Shown here piece after piece: positions 42,901 through 53,855 of a stretch of 64,000 nt of DNA. Position 1 is the first letter of the stretch; the number at the start of each line of letters is the position of its first letter. The position numbers and the translations under genes were made by a program. The notes below the pieces were generated by a model. That model made no database searches, was not told where the DNA came from, and worked only from the letters and a program-made list of their open reading frames with translations. Location: contig NC_047063.1 in the NCBI RefSeq assembly GCF_902459465.1, forward strand, positions 16,678,001 to 16,742,000, given 5' to 3'. This stretch comes from Asterias rubens (Eukaryota).

Positions 42901-45900
42901 AGTAGAGCAGAGTTCAACTATCTTGCGAATAATCGCTGCGAAAGGAGGGTGTGACGTCAAATTCACGTCAAATTCGCTTCGCATTCGCATTCGCAGGAAG
43001 TATGAACCGGGCTTATAACGTAGGTAAAATAAACCCAGTGCATTTTATCGGAAAAGGGAGTTCGCCCCGGTGTAATCCTGGTTTGATTGTCAGCATATTG
43101 CGCCACAGTCCTTTCTCTATGCACAAACAAAAACTGCTTCGGCTACGTTTTACGAGGTTGAAAAACCTTGAAAAACCATGCTTTGACCCCACAGTATTAA
43201 GTAAATGCCCAGTACCGTGCCAATACATCTATGCAGTTCGTCGTCCAACGGTACCTGCTTTATTGAATTCAGAGCGAGCCGGTGCTTGCGTAAAGAGCCT
43301 TGGACAAGGCTATGTAAACCATTACACGGTCCTATGTAAAAAGAGTAGGTCTCATAACTCAGAAATGAGCCCCACATACCTGAATACTGAATGCTGAAGC
43401 GCCGTATGAGCGCTACATAAGAAGCCACTATTGTGTTTTTTACAATATAATAGTAATTTCTTGTTTAACATCCGTTGGTTAATTTCTATTTGAAGTATTT
43501 TTTTACATAATTGATGTTGGCATGTGCAATTTTCAATTGTTAACTGCGAGACATGTTTTTATAAACCATTTTTTAATTGAAATGAATTATAACATTATTA
43601 AACACAAACACATACGCACGTCTGCACACTGTTATAACCTATAAACAAAACAGTGCCGCACCACGAGGCGAAGAAGGTGACAGCTTGACGTCACCGTAAC
43701 AGATAAAATTACATAAACGAATAAAAACCAAGAAGCTCCCGAAGATTATTTTAAAACAAACATATTTGGGGGCAAAACAAAAAAAGGCCAACGGGCGGAT
43801 ATCGTCTCTGTAACTGTTTTCTTATCAGCTTCATCATAAATCTACACTTACCCATTTTCGTAAAGGTTTTTAATCTTCATACTGACGTTATTTTTACAAA
43901 CCTTCCGTTGTGTATCAGGATGTCGAGCCATGTACATAAGAAACCAAAGCAATGCAGTTGATGTCGTATCTGTGCCAGCGACGAAGAGATCAAACAGCAT
44001 CCCTTTTAGAGACTCGTCATCGAAAACATCGTCGATTTTCCCGCTTCGCTTCCTTCGTTCGACCTCTGCGAAATGTAGGTCAATCATGTCCCGGATGTTG
44101 TTCTCATCATAAGTCTCACGACGTGCCTGATAGTTTCGATTAAAGGTGAAATGCCCTTTTTATAAAGAGATAGAATTAGCTCATGCAATTGTGTTGGTTT
44201 TTCTTCCCTGAAGACATTTTTTCCGGGCGTGTTTGTTCACGACCTAAAAGTCAAATCACACACTTTCAATGAATATTTGTGTGAATCATTGAATTCTTCT
44301 TTTAACATCTTGTCAACTATTCCGATTTAATCAAACGCTTGTCACACATCAAAAAGCCTAATCCAAAGGCAACTTTTCCTTTAGCAATTAACACAATCAA
44401 CTACTAAAGAACAGTATATGGATCTGTTGACAGGAAGATTAAAATACGCACCTTGATTTTTTTAGAGAAGAATTCGTTAATGCTTCTGTTGTTCTCACGC
44501 AGATTGGAGTAAAATGGGGTGTGAAATAACAAAGGAAAAGCATTGAGCAATGACGTTGGACCATAGCTCAACTGGACTCTGACCATTTCTAGCAGTTGTG
44601 CAAATTCGGGATCTTTATAGCTGAACCGGTGGCCAAGGCATATTTTACAAATGATATTCGACACAGCATTTTCAACGAGGTGGGCTGGATCGAATGGTTT
44701 TCCCCTTTGCTCTGCAAAGCCTTCGAGGAGGTTCATTAATTCCACGTTGATGGAAGACTCCATCCTTTGTTTGCCCATACCGAAACTTCTCAGAGCGCCA
44801 ACACCGAACCGGCGATGTTCCTTCCAAATATCGCCGTTTTCGTCTGATACACTGCCTGTTTATATAAGATAATTCAAACATGTGTGACGGTCATAGAAAT
44901 TGTACCCCCCACTGTTATTTTTATTGCACTTACTTATTATGTAACATTTAATTATTCATGAGAAGCGCCCTCTCTTGAGAAGCATTTCAATTTCGCGCGC
45001 TTCCGCCACCTTCATAATGATTCCAGCGAAGACCTGACAACATGTATTTTGTCTTCGCCTGTTTCAGGAAATAAAATGGTGCACCGAGTGTAAAGAAAAC
45101 AACTTGCCGTTAGCCTCTATCCTTATACGACTTTCTTAAGTATTAGAGAGGGTCACACATGGTTCAAAGAGCAATGCACATACAGACAATCCATGTCAAT
45201 TAGAGACAGAATTAAATGAACAGAAATACGAAAGAAAACTGGAGTACGAGACATCATGAGGAAAAGAAAACAGGTCGAGCTAAATGAAAATGGGCTGGAC
45301 ACGCGCTGCCCGAAGAAAAAACCATAACTGGACAAAAAGACGAATGGAATGGCAACCAAGGACAGGGAAAAGGAAAATAGGTAGGCAGAGAAGAAGATAA
45401 AGATATGACATCAGGAGTATGCAAGAACATCTTGCAAGAATAATAAATAAATTGCGTTTACATGAAGAAGGCTACATCTTACACGTAGGGCTCCTGATCT
45501 GTTTTAAACTTGCAGTATCAAAATTTACAAAACTGCAAATTGACTGCTTACCTTTAATACCAAAAAGTTTTGCAAGTTTGGTAGGGTTTCTGTCTGAGAA
45601 GATATCAGGTTGTCCATGCAAGGCTTTCTTGATGCTGTTTAAATCATTTAGAACCACGTAAAGCTTCCCGACAAGTCGAACGCTAAACACACACCCATGT
45701 CGATTGGCCCATTTTGTGAATACAGCAGTTGCTGGTTCTTTACTAAGGGCTAGTACATTGTTGATACCCAGCCAGCCTGGTGGTCCTGGTGGAAGATGTC
45801 TAGGCAGACGAAGATAGAATAATCCGAGGAGAAAAGCAACCAGGAAGATAATGAAAGACTGTATAAAACCGACTGATTCAAATAGATCAGCGAGACCCGC

Positions 45901-45903
45901 CAT
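39923..45903 (-). CDS. Cytochrome P450, clan 2 / CYP2-family-like (CYP-A), 496 aa
   Basis: Exons 45903-45552, 44855-44452, 44126-43902, 42722-42533, 41054-40917, 40104-39923; total 1491 nt, in frame. N-terminal TM anchor followed by LPPGP; WKEHRRFGVGALRSFGMGK; I-helix AGTDTT; K-helix EVQR; PARF; heme motif FSTGRRVCMAE. Confidence 0.93.
41728..41990. repeat. Approximately 30-bp minisatellite (TATCATGTACGTACACGATAAATCCAAACC)
   Basis: About 8 degenerate copies; a further partial unit follows the MITE at about 42385. Confidence 0.85.
41992..42377. mobile_element. Kolobok-like MITE, full-length copy in CYP-A intron 4
   Basis: Same TIRs and TTAA flanks; inserted at the end of the 30-bp minisatellite. 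Confidence 0.85.
42790..43420 (+). mobile_element. SINE body interrupted by a MITE
   Basis: GGGACGTTAAGCC..GATCCCGTG | MITE | AACCCAGTGCA...CAGCATATTGCGCCACAG...GTAAACCATTAC...AGCGC tail. Homologous to the reverse complement of 12820-13080. Confidence 0.65.
42823..43013. mobile_element. Second copy of the Harbinger-like MITE, inserted into a SINE
   Basis: Near-identical to 37130-37326. Confidence 0.8.
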
Positions 45904-46587
45904 CTTTCTTAAATATTAATTCTCAGTCATCAACAACAAGTCGTTTAATAAATGCTTCGAAAGAAAAAATGGAAAAATAGCCTAATGAAATCAGCTATAA
46001 ACCAAAAGCAGTCATCCTTGGCAATATTATGTAAAGAACCGTATGACACGTTGTATTTGTGCAATGCCATAAGGTTACGTGCCATAGCCTCACGTACACA
46101 TTGCCATGCCATTGTGCGTAATCATTTGTACACGAAAATTGCTTTGAATACACAACAAATTTAAAACTCAAAAGAGAAACTTGAAATGTTATTGACGAAA
46201 CTGCTTTTTATTTGTGCAGTGGTACCATAAGGTGCGTGCCATAGCCTCACGCACACATTGCCATTCCAATGAAAATCTATAGAGGGGTTTCGCGTGACGT
46301 CACAATCGTCAGTTTTTGCACCCGTTGAGTACTATTATCAGCTGAGCTGTATTTAACGAAACGCATAAACGGTGCAAAAAGACCAAACCAAACAAAACTT
46401 GTATAGAAACAAAACTTAGCACTCAGCTGCCCCAATGTAATTTAATTGCTTGTTTTTGTTACGGATATGTAGACACACAGGTGCAAGAGCAGCCAAGATA
46501 ACATTGACTTATATTTTTTTAGAGTATTTTGAGATGACACTTGAGTTTTGAACTTCCATTCCAGTCCCAAATAATTATTGTTTTTGT

Positions 46588-46947
46588 TCAAGACACTGGA
46601 CTATTGGTAATTGTCAAAGACCAATCCTTACTTGGTGTATCTCAACATAATTTTATGCAGAAAATATCAAACCTGTGAAAAGTTGCGCTCAATATTGGTC
46701 GTCGAAGTTGCGAGATAGCAATAAAGAAACAAAACACACGAAGTCGTGTGCTTTCAGATGCTTGATTTCGAGACCTCAAATTCTAAATCTGAGTTCAAAT
46801 TACTTCTTGAAAATTACGTTACTTCAGAGGGAGCCGTTTCTCACAATGTTTTATACTATCAACAGCTCCCCATTACTCGTTACCAAGTAAGGTTTTATGC
46901 TAACAGTTATTTTGAGTAATTACCAATTATAGTGTCCACTGCCTTTA
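46588..46947. mobile_element. Kolobok-like MITE in the CYP-A/CYP-B divergent spacer
   Basis: Family internal sequence and right TIR AGTGTCCACTGCCTTTA. Confidence 0.8.
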
Positions 46948-47239
46948 TCGTCGTTCTCTCTCTAATTTACTCTCTTAAATTTAATTTTGACTTGCTAAAG
47001 ACATCTTTGCTTTCTTCAATCTTTTCTTTTAGTTTTTAAATGTGTACCATGTACAAAATGAATGTTTTTGTTGTATTGTAAACAAACCATCTAAAAGTAA
47101 ATCAAATCTATGCCAATGCATTTTGTCAACGTGAATCGCCCCCTTCAGATAGTTGGATCTAAAATATACCAGAGTGCCGATGAAGGACAGCCAAATACCG
47201 TAACCATTGCCGAAATTTTGCTAAATGCAGCGTAAAACT

Positions 47240-47860
47240 GCAAAGTTTGTTTACTTCCACAAACAAATTTTCCTCGATGTGCACCTTTACCTCCGTCACC
47301 CATCCAATTTGATTGTATAGTGCATCAATGGACTTAAATCACTCAGAGTAACGGTATTTAATAATATCTGGCCACGACACTGATGAGAAAAGTTCAATGT
47401 TTGGAGACCAGTCGGCAGGATTGAATTCATATGGATCTCTGTTTTTTAACAGTTGTTGTTTTAACGAATTAAAACTCGTTAGTATTTTTCTCACAGTATC
47501 GACCGGCGTTGACTTGCATTATCCGGAGTAAATATTATGTGCTTGATGTAATTCATTGTCTTATCAAATAAAATACTGAAAGAAAACCTTCACCAAATAT
47601 TTTGTCTATCGAAGAAAAACCAACTTTCTCGGTTCAAACGTGCGTCTGCTGTTGCGAGCAGACGACGCGTTACCAACAGAAATAGTACTCAACATGGCCG
47701 ACGTCGCGCACAACGAACTTTTCGCGGGGTCACGCAACCAAGAGACCGCAGGTTTTTGTTTGCGGGATTGGGTAGGGATAAATATAGGTCTTCATTTTTT
47801 TTGTGTGCGTGACCTCACATGACCTCTACTTCCAGTCGAAACCGGAAGTGCCCTCTAATT
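47240..47860 (-). mobile_element. Decayed transposon ORF, probably the SWIM/YqaJ accessory ORF of an ISL2EU-type element
   Basis: Minus-strand translation across frameshifts and stops: RYCEK ... DPYEFNPADWSPNIELFSSVSWPDIIKY ... *FKSIDALYNQIGWVTEV. This matches my recollection of the DPY..W..P.V..PDI..YL...YKS..AYN...GWV motif. Confidence 0.45.
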
Positions 47861-48889
47861 CAAATGTGCAAAAGTTATGAAGTTGGGTTAACGATGATAG
47901 TGTCTAGCAAGGGTGGGCAGTTCAAAATAAATATCGATGACATAACTAAACGCAACAGCGCCCACTAGCGGCAGGTTGAAAACTCCTTAAAACGGACTTT
48001 TTGAAGATGTGTGTGGTGAAGTTTAGTGTAATCACTTCAAATTTTACACACACGTTTACTGTCAGGCAGGCATCATTTGTGTGAAGTTTCAGATCGATGA
48101 CGTTATCGGGGGTCACGTGACGCGGCCTTAAAGGTGCACTTTTTGAAGTCGTATAACTCCCGAAGTAATAATGCGACTTTGTTGAAACTTGGTAGGTTGT
48201 TAGACATTGGCAAGTTCTTGTGAATTATGTGATGACGTTATAATGACGTCATCACATGATTTCTTATGATTGTTTTCATTTGTTGCACCTTTAACTCATT
48301 AATTGCTAACTGTACATGGTATAATCTAAATTATTTTGTTAAGTAGCCAGGATTGGTCATAACTGCTTTGTTTATTAAAATGTCAATTTCAGATGAGAAA
48401 TTTGAAAATGTTATTAACGAAACAGCTCTGCATTTGTGCACAAATGCAATCAGGTCTAGTTTTTTTTGGCATTTGTAAGGCCTTTGAAATACCTTGTTCG
48501 GGTACCTGTTTGGGCATTACTACTGATATACTGCTTTTTAACACCCCTTACCAATATTCTGCCTTTTCATTGGTTTAGAGCGCGTCACATGATATGTCTT
48601 AGTTTTGCTAGACGACGGCTGTGTGATAGTGCATCGGTTTGCCGTGCGCTAGTCCGAAAGACTAGCACACGGCGTGCAGTACCCAGACGTCCGTTGCGTG
48701 TACGAGGATGATAAATTATTAGTCTGTAACCATTTCGGATTACATGACACTACATGCAGAGCACAGTAAAAGTTTTCGCAATCTGTATTCGCGTCGTCCG
48801 TGGATTGTAGCATTCAGGTCTGTAAAGTCTGTACAGTATTTAGAAATGTTTGGGGTGTTATTTTAGTGAAAAATTGCGTCTTAGTGCAA

Positions 48890-49350
48890 AAACTTCAGAA
48901 GGAGACGTTTCTCGCAATGTTGTATACTATCAACAGGTCTCCATTGCTCATTCAAGTAATTTCTTATGTTGGCAACTATTTTTTGGTAATTTCTCAAACA
49001 AATTATTAGCATAACACATTTCTTGGTGACGAATAATGGGAAGAGGTTGATGGTATAAAACATTGTGAGAAACGGCTCCGTCTGAAGTGCCATAGTTTTC
49101 GAGATATAAGTAATTTTCCACGAATTTGATTTCGAGACTTCAGATTTAGAACTTGCGGTCTCGAAATCAACCATCTAAACGCTCACAACTACGTGTGACA
49201 AGGGTGTTTTTTCCTTTCATTAGTATCTCGCAAGTTCGATGACTGATTGAACTCAAATTTTCACAGGTTTGTTATCTTATGCATATGATGAGATACACCA
49301 ACTGTGAAGGCTAGTCTTTGACAATTACCAATAGTGTCCACTGCCTTTAA
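48890..49350. mobile_element. Two partial Kolobok-like MITE copies in opposite orientations
   Basis: 48890-48985 is a fragment in one orientation. 48984-49350 is a near-complete copy in the other orientation, ending CTGCCTTTAA. Confidence 0.75.
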
Positions 49351-49862
49351 AAGCTTCGTATGGAAACATGCCCCATGTATAGAAATCGGATAGGCGTATA
49401 CAGCTCCAATTGACAGACATGCAAATGTCATACTCATATAGTGTAACCAGCAACAACGGATAGCGACACAATGATTGATCTTGACCTTTCAACTCCCCTA
49501 TCCTTTGTATCGCAATGCAACGTGCACAAACACACATCACAGCTGACACTATGAACGGAAATATCGTAAGACATTTTGCTGGTGTGTTTTTATACACAGA
49601 GAGAGTTTAGGCTGAGTTCCATATAATATCGAAATAATAGTTATAACATTGCATCAAAATGTGACAAGTAGGCTTATAGTTGTTTCGAGGAGTCGGTCTT
49701 GTTTTCGAGGGTTTGGTATGATCAGGAAGGCAGTCGAACCACATGGTGAACACAAAGAAGCTGATGACATGAGACAAGAAATATTCAACCGACAATGAAC
49801 TCGCTGTCACTAGTACCATTTGACTTCAACCATTTTCATCTCAATTCCGCTCCACTCCCGCC

Positions 49863-52800
49863 ATGCTCAACTCAGTCTTAACGTTGTTTGAAGCTGTCAG
49901 GTTGCAGTCGGTATTCGTGTTTTTGTTTGTGTTCCTGCTGGGATTGTACTGGACTCGCCTGCCTAAGAATTTGCCACCAGGACCGACCGGTTGGCCAGTT
50001 ATCGGCAGCGCACTGGCCCTTCGCCGTGGACTATCTCATCATGTTTTCACTCATTGGTCCAAACAGTACGGGGAAGTGTTCAGTGTTCGACTTGGCGGCA
50101 AACTCGTAGTAGTTTTAAATGATTTACGCTGCATCAAGGACGCTTTGCACAAGCAGGCTGATGTCTTCTCTGACAGACACAATTCGACCGTTAACAAACT
50201 GAATGGAATTAAAGGTAAGTTTTCTAAACAGCAGCATATCAGCAGCAAATAGTCCAAAGAGTTCAAAGTGAATTGTGATCATGTCGAAGTTAAAGGAACA
50301 CATGACACAGGTGAACATAACTCAACTGTGACTGTTTCCAAACGTCAACAAAATAAATTGTTAAATTGTTCAGATTTGTGACACAAGCCTAGCAAAAAAA
50401 CAAATTTTTTTTTTCTTTTTCCATCTGGAAAATGTTTTTTAGTGTATAAGTGTTGGTTGGAAGCACGGTGTAATAATTTAAAGACCCTGTCTGGGGCAGG
50501 CCCCTCTTAAAAACTAGCACAACCTCCCTAACTTCTTTATAAACTTTCAGAAATAAAACTGTAGCATCTCAATGTGAATTATTTTATTTTCCTTATTATG
50601 TTTTAAATACATTCACTCCAATTGTTGGGTGGTCATCTGATCCACCAGCCAAAATAAATAATACAAATATTCGGTTCCATATGCAGGTGCATTTTCCGAA
50701 GAAAGTGGTGACATTTGGAAGGCGCGTCGTCGGTTTGGTCTCGGGGCTCTGAGAAGTTTTGGTATGGGCAAGAAAAGCAACGAGCATTCAATCAACGAGG
50801 AATCACGGTACCTCCTCGACGGCTTCGCAGACGAACAAGGAAAACCATTCAATCCTACGCACCAAGTCGAAATCACCGTCTCAAATGTCATTTGTAAAAT
50901 GTGCGTTGGAAGAAGGTTCAACTTTTCGGATCCAGATATTGCGGAGATACTTCAGTTGATCAGGCAGCAGTTAAGCTACGGCACGCCAACATCATTAATT
51001 AATTACGTTCCTGGTGTCATTCACACTCCATTTTACTCCCATGTAAAAACAATCAGCAGACGTCTCAAGGAACATTTCTCTTGTATAGTACGGGTGAGTA
51101 AAATACATTTGGAATTAATGCGTGATCCAGCTACAATTTAAAACATGTTTTCTTTCAATGGTGGCTTAATATTGTAGACAGTGGTTTTTGTCGGTCAAGT
51201 AATGGGTGACAAAAAAAACCAGACAAGCTATAGGTCTGGACAAAGTTTTCCCCTTGGTTTTCTTCCGGTTTTTCCTACCATGCGATACAAATATTGTTTA
51301 CACAAATGTAAAGGGAACTAAGACATTTAAAGCTGTCATGAAAATACGTACACTTAAAAACATTCGTATACATTCTATTTCATTAAGAGGTGTACATGAA
51401 TATAATATAATTTGTCATAAATCCTCTACATTTTTAGGAACATAGCCAGTCTTTAGCTCAAAGTGGATTGTTATTAACTTCACTAACGCGGAGAGAGTTC
51501 TTAGGTTTCAACGTGTCAACAGCTTGCTTTATAAAGTCGTTGTTGAACGCTGGCAGAGCAGCCTGCCACATAAGAAATGGCGCAAACAAAACCTTGTATT
51601 ATCAGTTTGGCCTGTTTCGCTCTGGTACGAAATCGAAAGGGACAGAAATACAAACAAGAACGCGTTTATTTTTCTTTCCAGGAACATCGCGATTCTTACG
51701 ATAAAAATGACATCCGGGACATTATTGACCTGCAGTTCGCAGAGGTCGAGAAACGTGAAACCAGCGGCAGAGTCGACGATCGATTCGAGAAAGACTCATT
51801 TGACGACGTAGCCATGCGAGGGAGTGTTTTTGATTTGTTTGTTGGTGGAACAGAAACAACATCAACCACATTGCTGTGGTTGATGATGCTTATGGCGCTC
51901 CATCCGAATATACAGAGAAAGGTAACAATGAATAATTTCATCAGTACTAAATTTATTGTAGTTCCGTTTGTTGTGAAAATGTACCAAATATCCATATAAT
52001 AAGAGTGTTTACTTTAAGCATAAAACGGATAACTTTACCCATCTTTCAACCACTTCAACCTAAAACCCATTGCAAAAATCATTCTACAGGTTCAGTCCGA
52101 GATTGATGACGTCATAGGAGGGAGCCGCCAGCCATCAATGGCCGACAGTCCGAACATGCCGTACACGAACGCCGCCATCTTGGAAACTTTGCGCATTCGT
52201 CCGGCTGTTCCCTTAGCAGTTCCCCACCAAACAAAAGAAGAAACACTGCTGAACGGATACACTGTACCAAGAAACACATGTAAGAAATACCTACCAAAGC
52301 TGTGATCAGCAAAAGGACTGTATAAGCTTACTGCCAAGGTATATTAGTTTGGGATACAAAATGTTTCCACTGCAGCTGATGACACTCGTGCGATGACGCA
52401 CTTTTTGGTGCCATGTTACAAAACAAAATTCAGATCGTGTTTTCTTTTTCCCCAAATAGGCTAAAATTGGTTTGGTACTAAGCGTCTTGGTTGATATGTT
52501 TACCCGCAGGTGTGTTGATTAACATCTTGGCAGTACATCATGATCCTGCTACGTGGACAGAGCCAGAGAAATACAACCCAGCCCGGTTCCTCTCTGCTGA
52601 TGGCAAGAGTGTCGTTCAACATGAATCGTTCATCCCATTTGGTACAGGTAGGTTTTACAAGCGCTTCTAGAGGAATATGGGCGTTTTCTAGTGACCACCC
52701 CCCTCACACACACACACACTTCCAAACATGCTTTATACGTCTGCATTGTTTAAATTTTGTGCAACCGCTTTGTAACACATTCTCCAACTGTGGACCTGTC

Positions 52801-53406
52801 CCGAACCGAGGACTCTATCGCCCTCTCTTATTATAGGTCCCCGGTTTGAACTTACGAAAACACCAACATAATACAGCAACAACGACCACGGCAACAACTA
52901 TGACCCAAAAAATCACCATGCCCCTTTAAAAAAGTAAACCAAAAATAAACACCAACGAAAGAAACACAATAGTTATTTTAAGTGTTTAACTTCAATCGGT
53001 TTATTGGTTTTCTTATATAATGTTTGTTCAAGTAATTTTAATAGACACTTTCAGAAAGTTTGAGAAAGTTATTCCTCTGATGATAATTGGTTCAGCATAA
53101 AGTATTCAAGTTCAATATGCAAAGTGGAATTATAATTTCTTCACATGTATAACATGGGTGGATGTAACCCTTGAAATAACAGTTTTAATTTCCGCCTTGC
53201 TCTCAGGTCGACGTCGCTGTATGGGGGAAAGTCTCGCCAGAACAGAACTCTTCCTTATTTTTGTCAACTTGCTCCAGCAGTTCAGCCTCAAGTTCCCGGC
53301 AGAGAAACCCTTGCCCTCCGAGGAAGGACTGCCAGGCATCATATTAAAGCCCGGTCCATTTGAAATATGTGTCACCAGACGCACCAGTAAAGCTCATACG
53401 AATTGA
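49863..53406 (+). CDS. Cytochrome P450, clan 2 / CYP2-family-like (CYP-B), 508 aa
   Basis: Exons 49863-50214, 50687-51093, 51682-51921, 52090-52279, 52510-52647, 53207-53406; total 1527 nt. Motifs: LPPGPTGWP; WKARRRFGLGALRSFGMGK; I-helix GGTETT; ETLR; PARF; FGTGRRRCMGE. Intron positions match CYP-A. Confidence 0.93.
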
Positions 53407-53855
53407 CTCTTTAAGCCCTCTTAACAAGTTTTTTTTATTTAAAACCAAATTAACTGCAGAAAATCATACGGAACTTTGTGGAAATAGCTTTATTAGTCAT
53501 TAGAGGATTGCACTGGAGTGTCAAGTGAACACGCTTTATTGTATAGGAATGTTTTATACCCCCTTTTTTTATATGTGTTTGTCCCTGTTTAGGATATCAA
53601 TGAATATGACCCCAGTTCATTGCACTTTGTAAAAAAAAAAAAAAAAAACTCAAGTCATTGCATCACAACACATATGGCTAACAGACAAAGGTCTCCGGAC
53701 ACAATTAAACTGAGTTTGTAAATAAAATTTGTAAATAAGGACGATCAGCATCATTGAGGGTACACTTCGGAACCGCAACAACGTGAATTTGTAATAATAT
53801 TACAGTCTACAATTTGAGAAAAAACTCAGTAAAAACGAAACAGCTTTTCCAAAAG

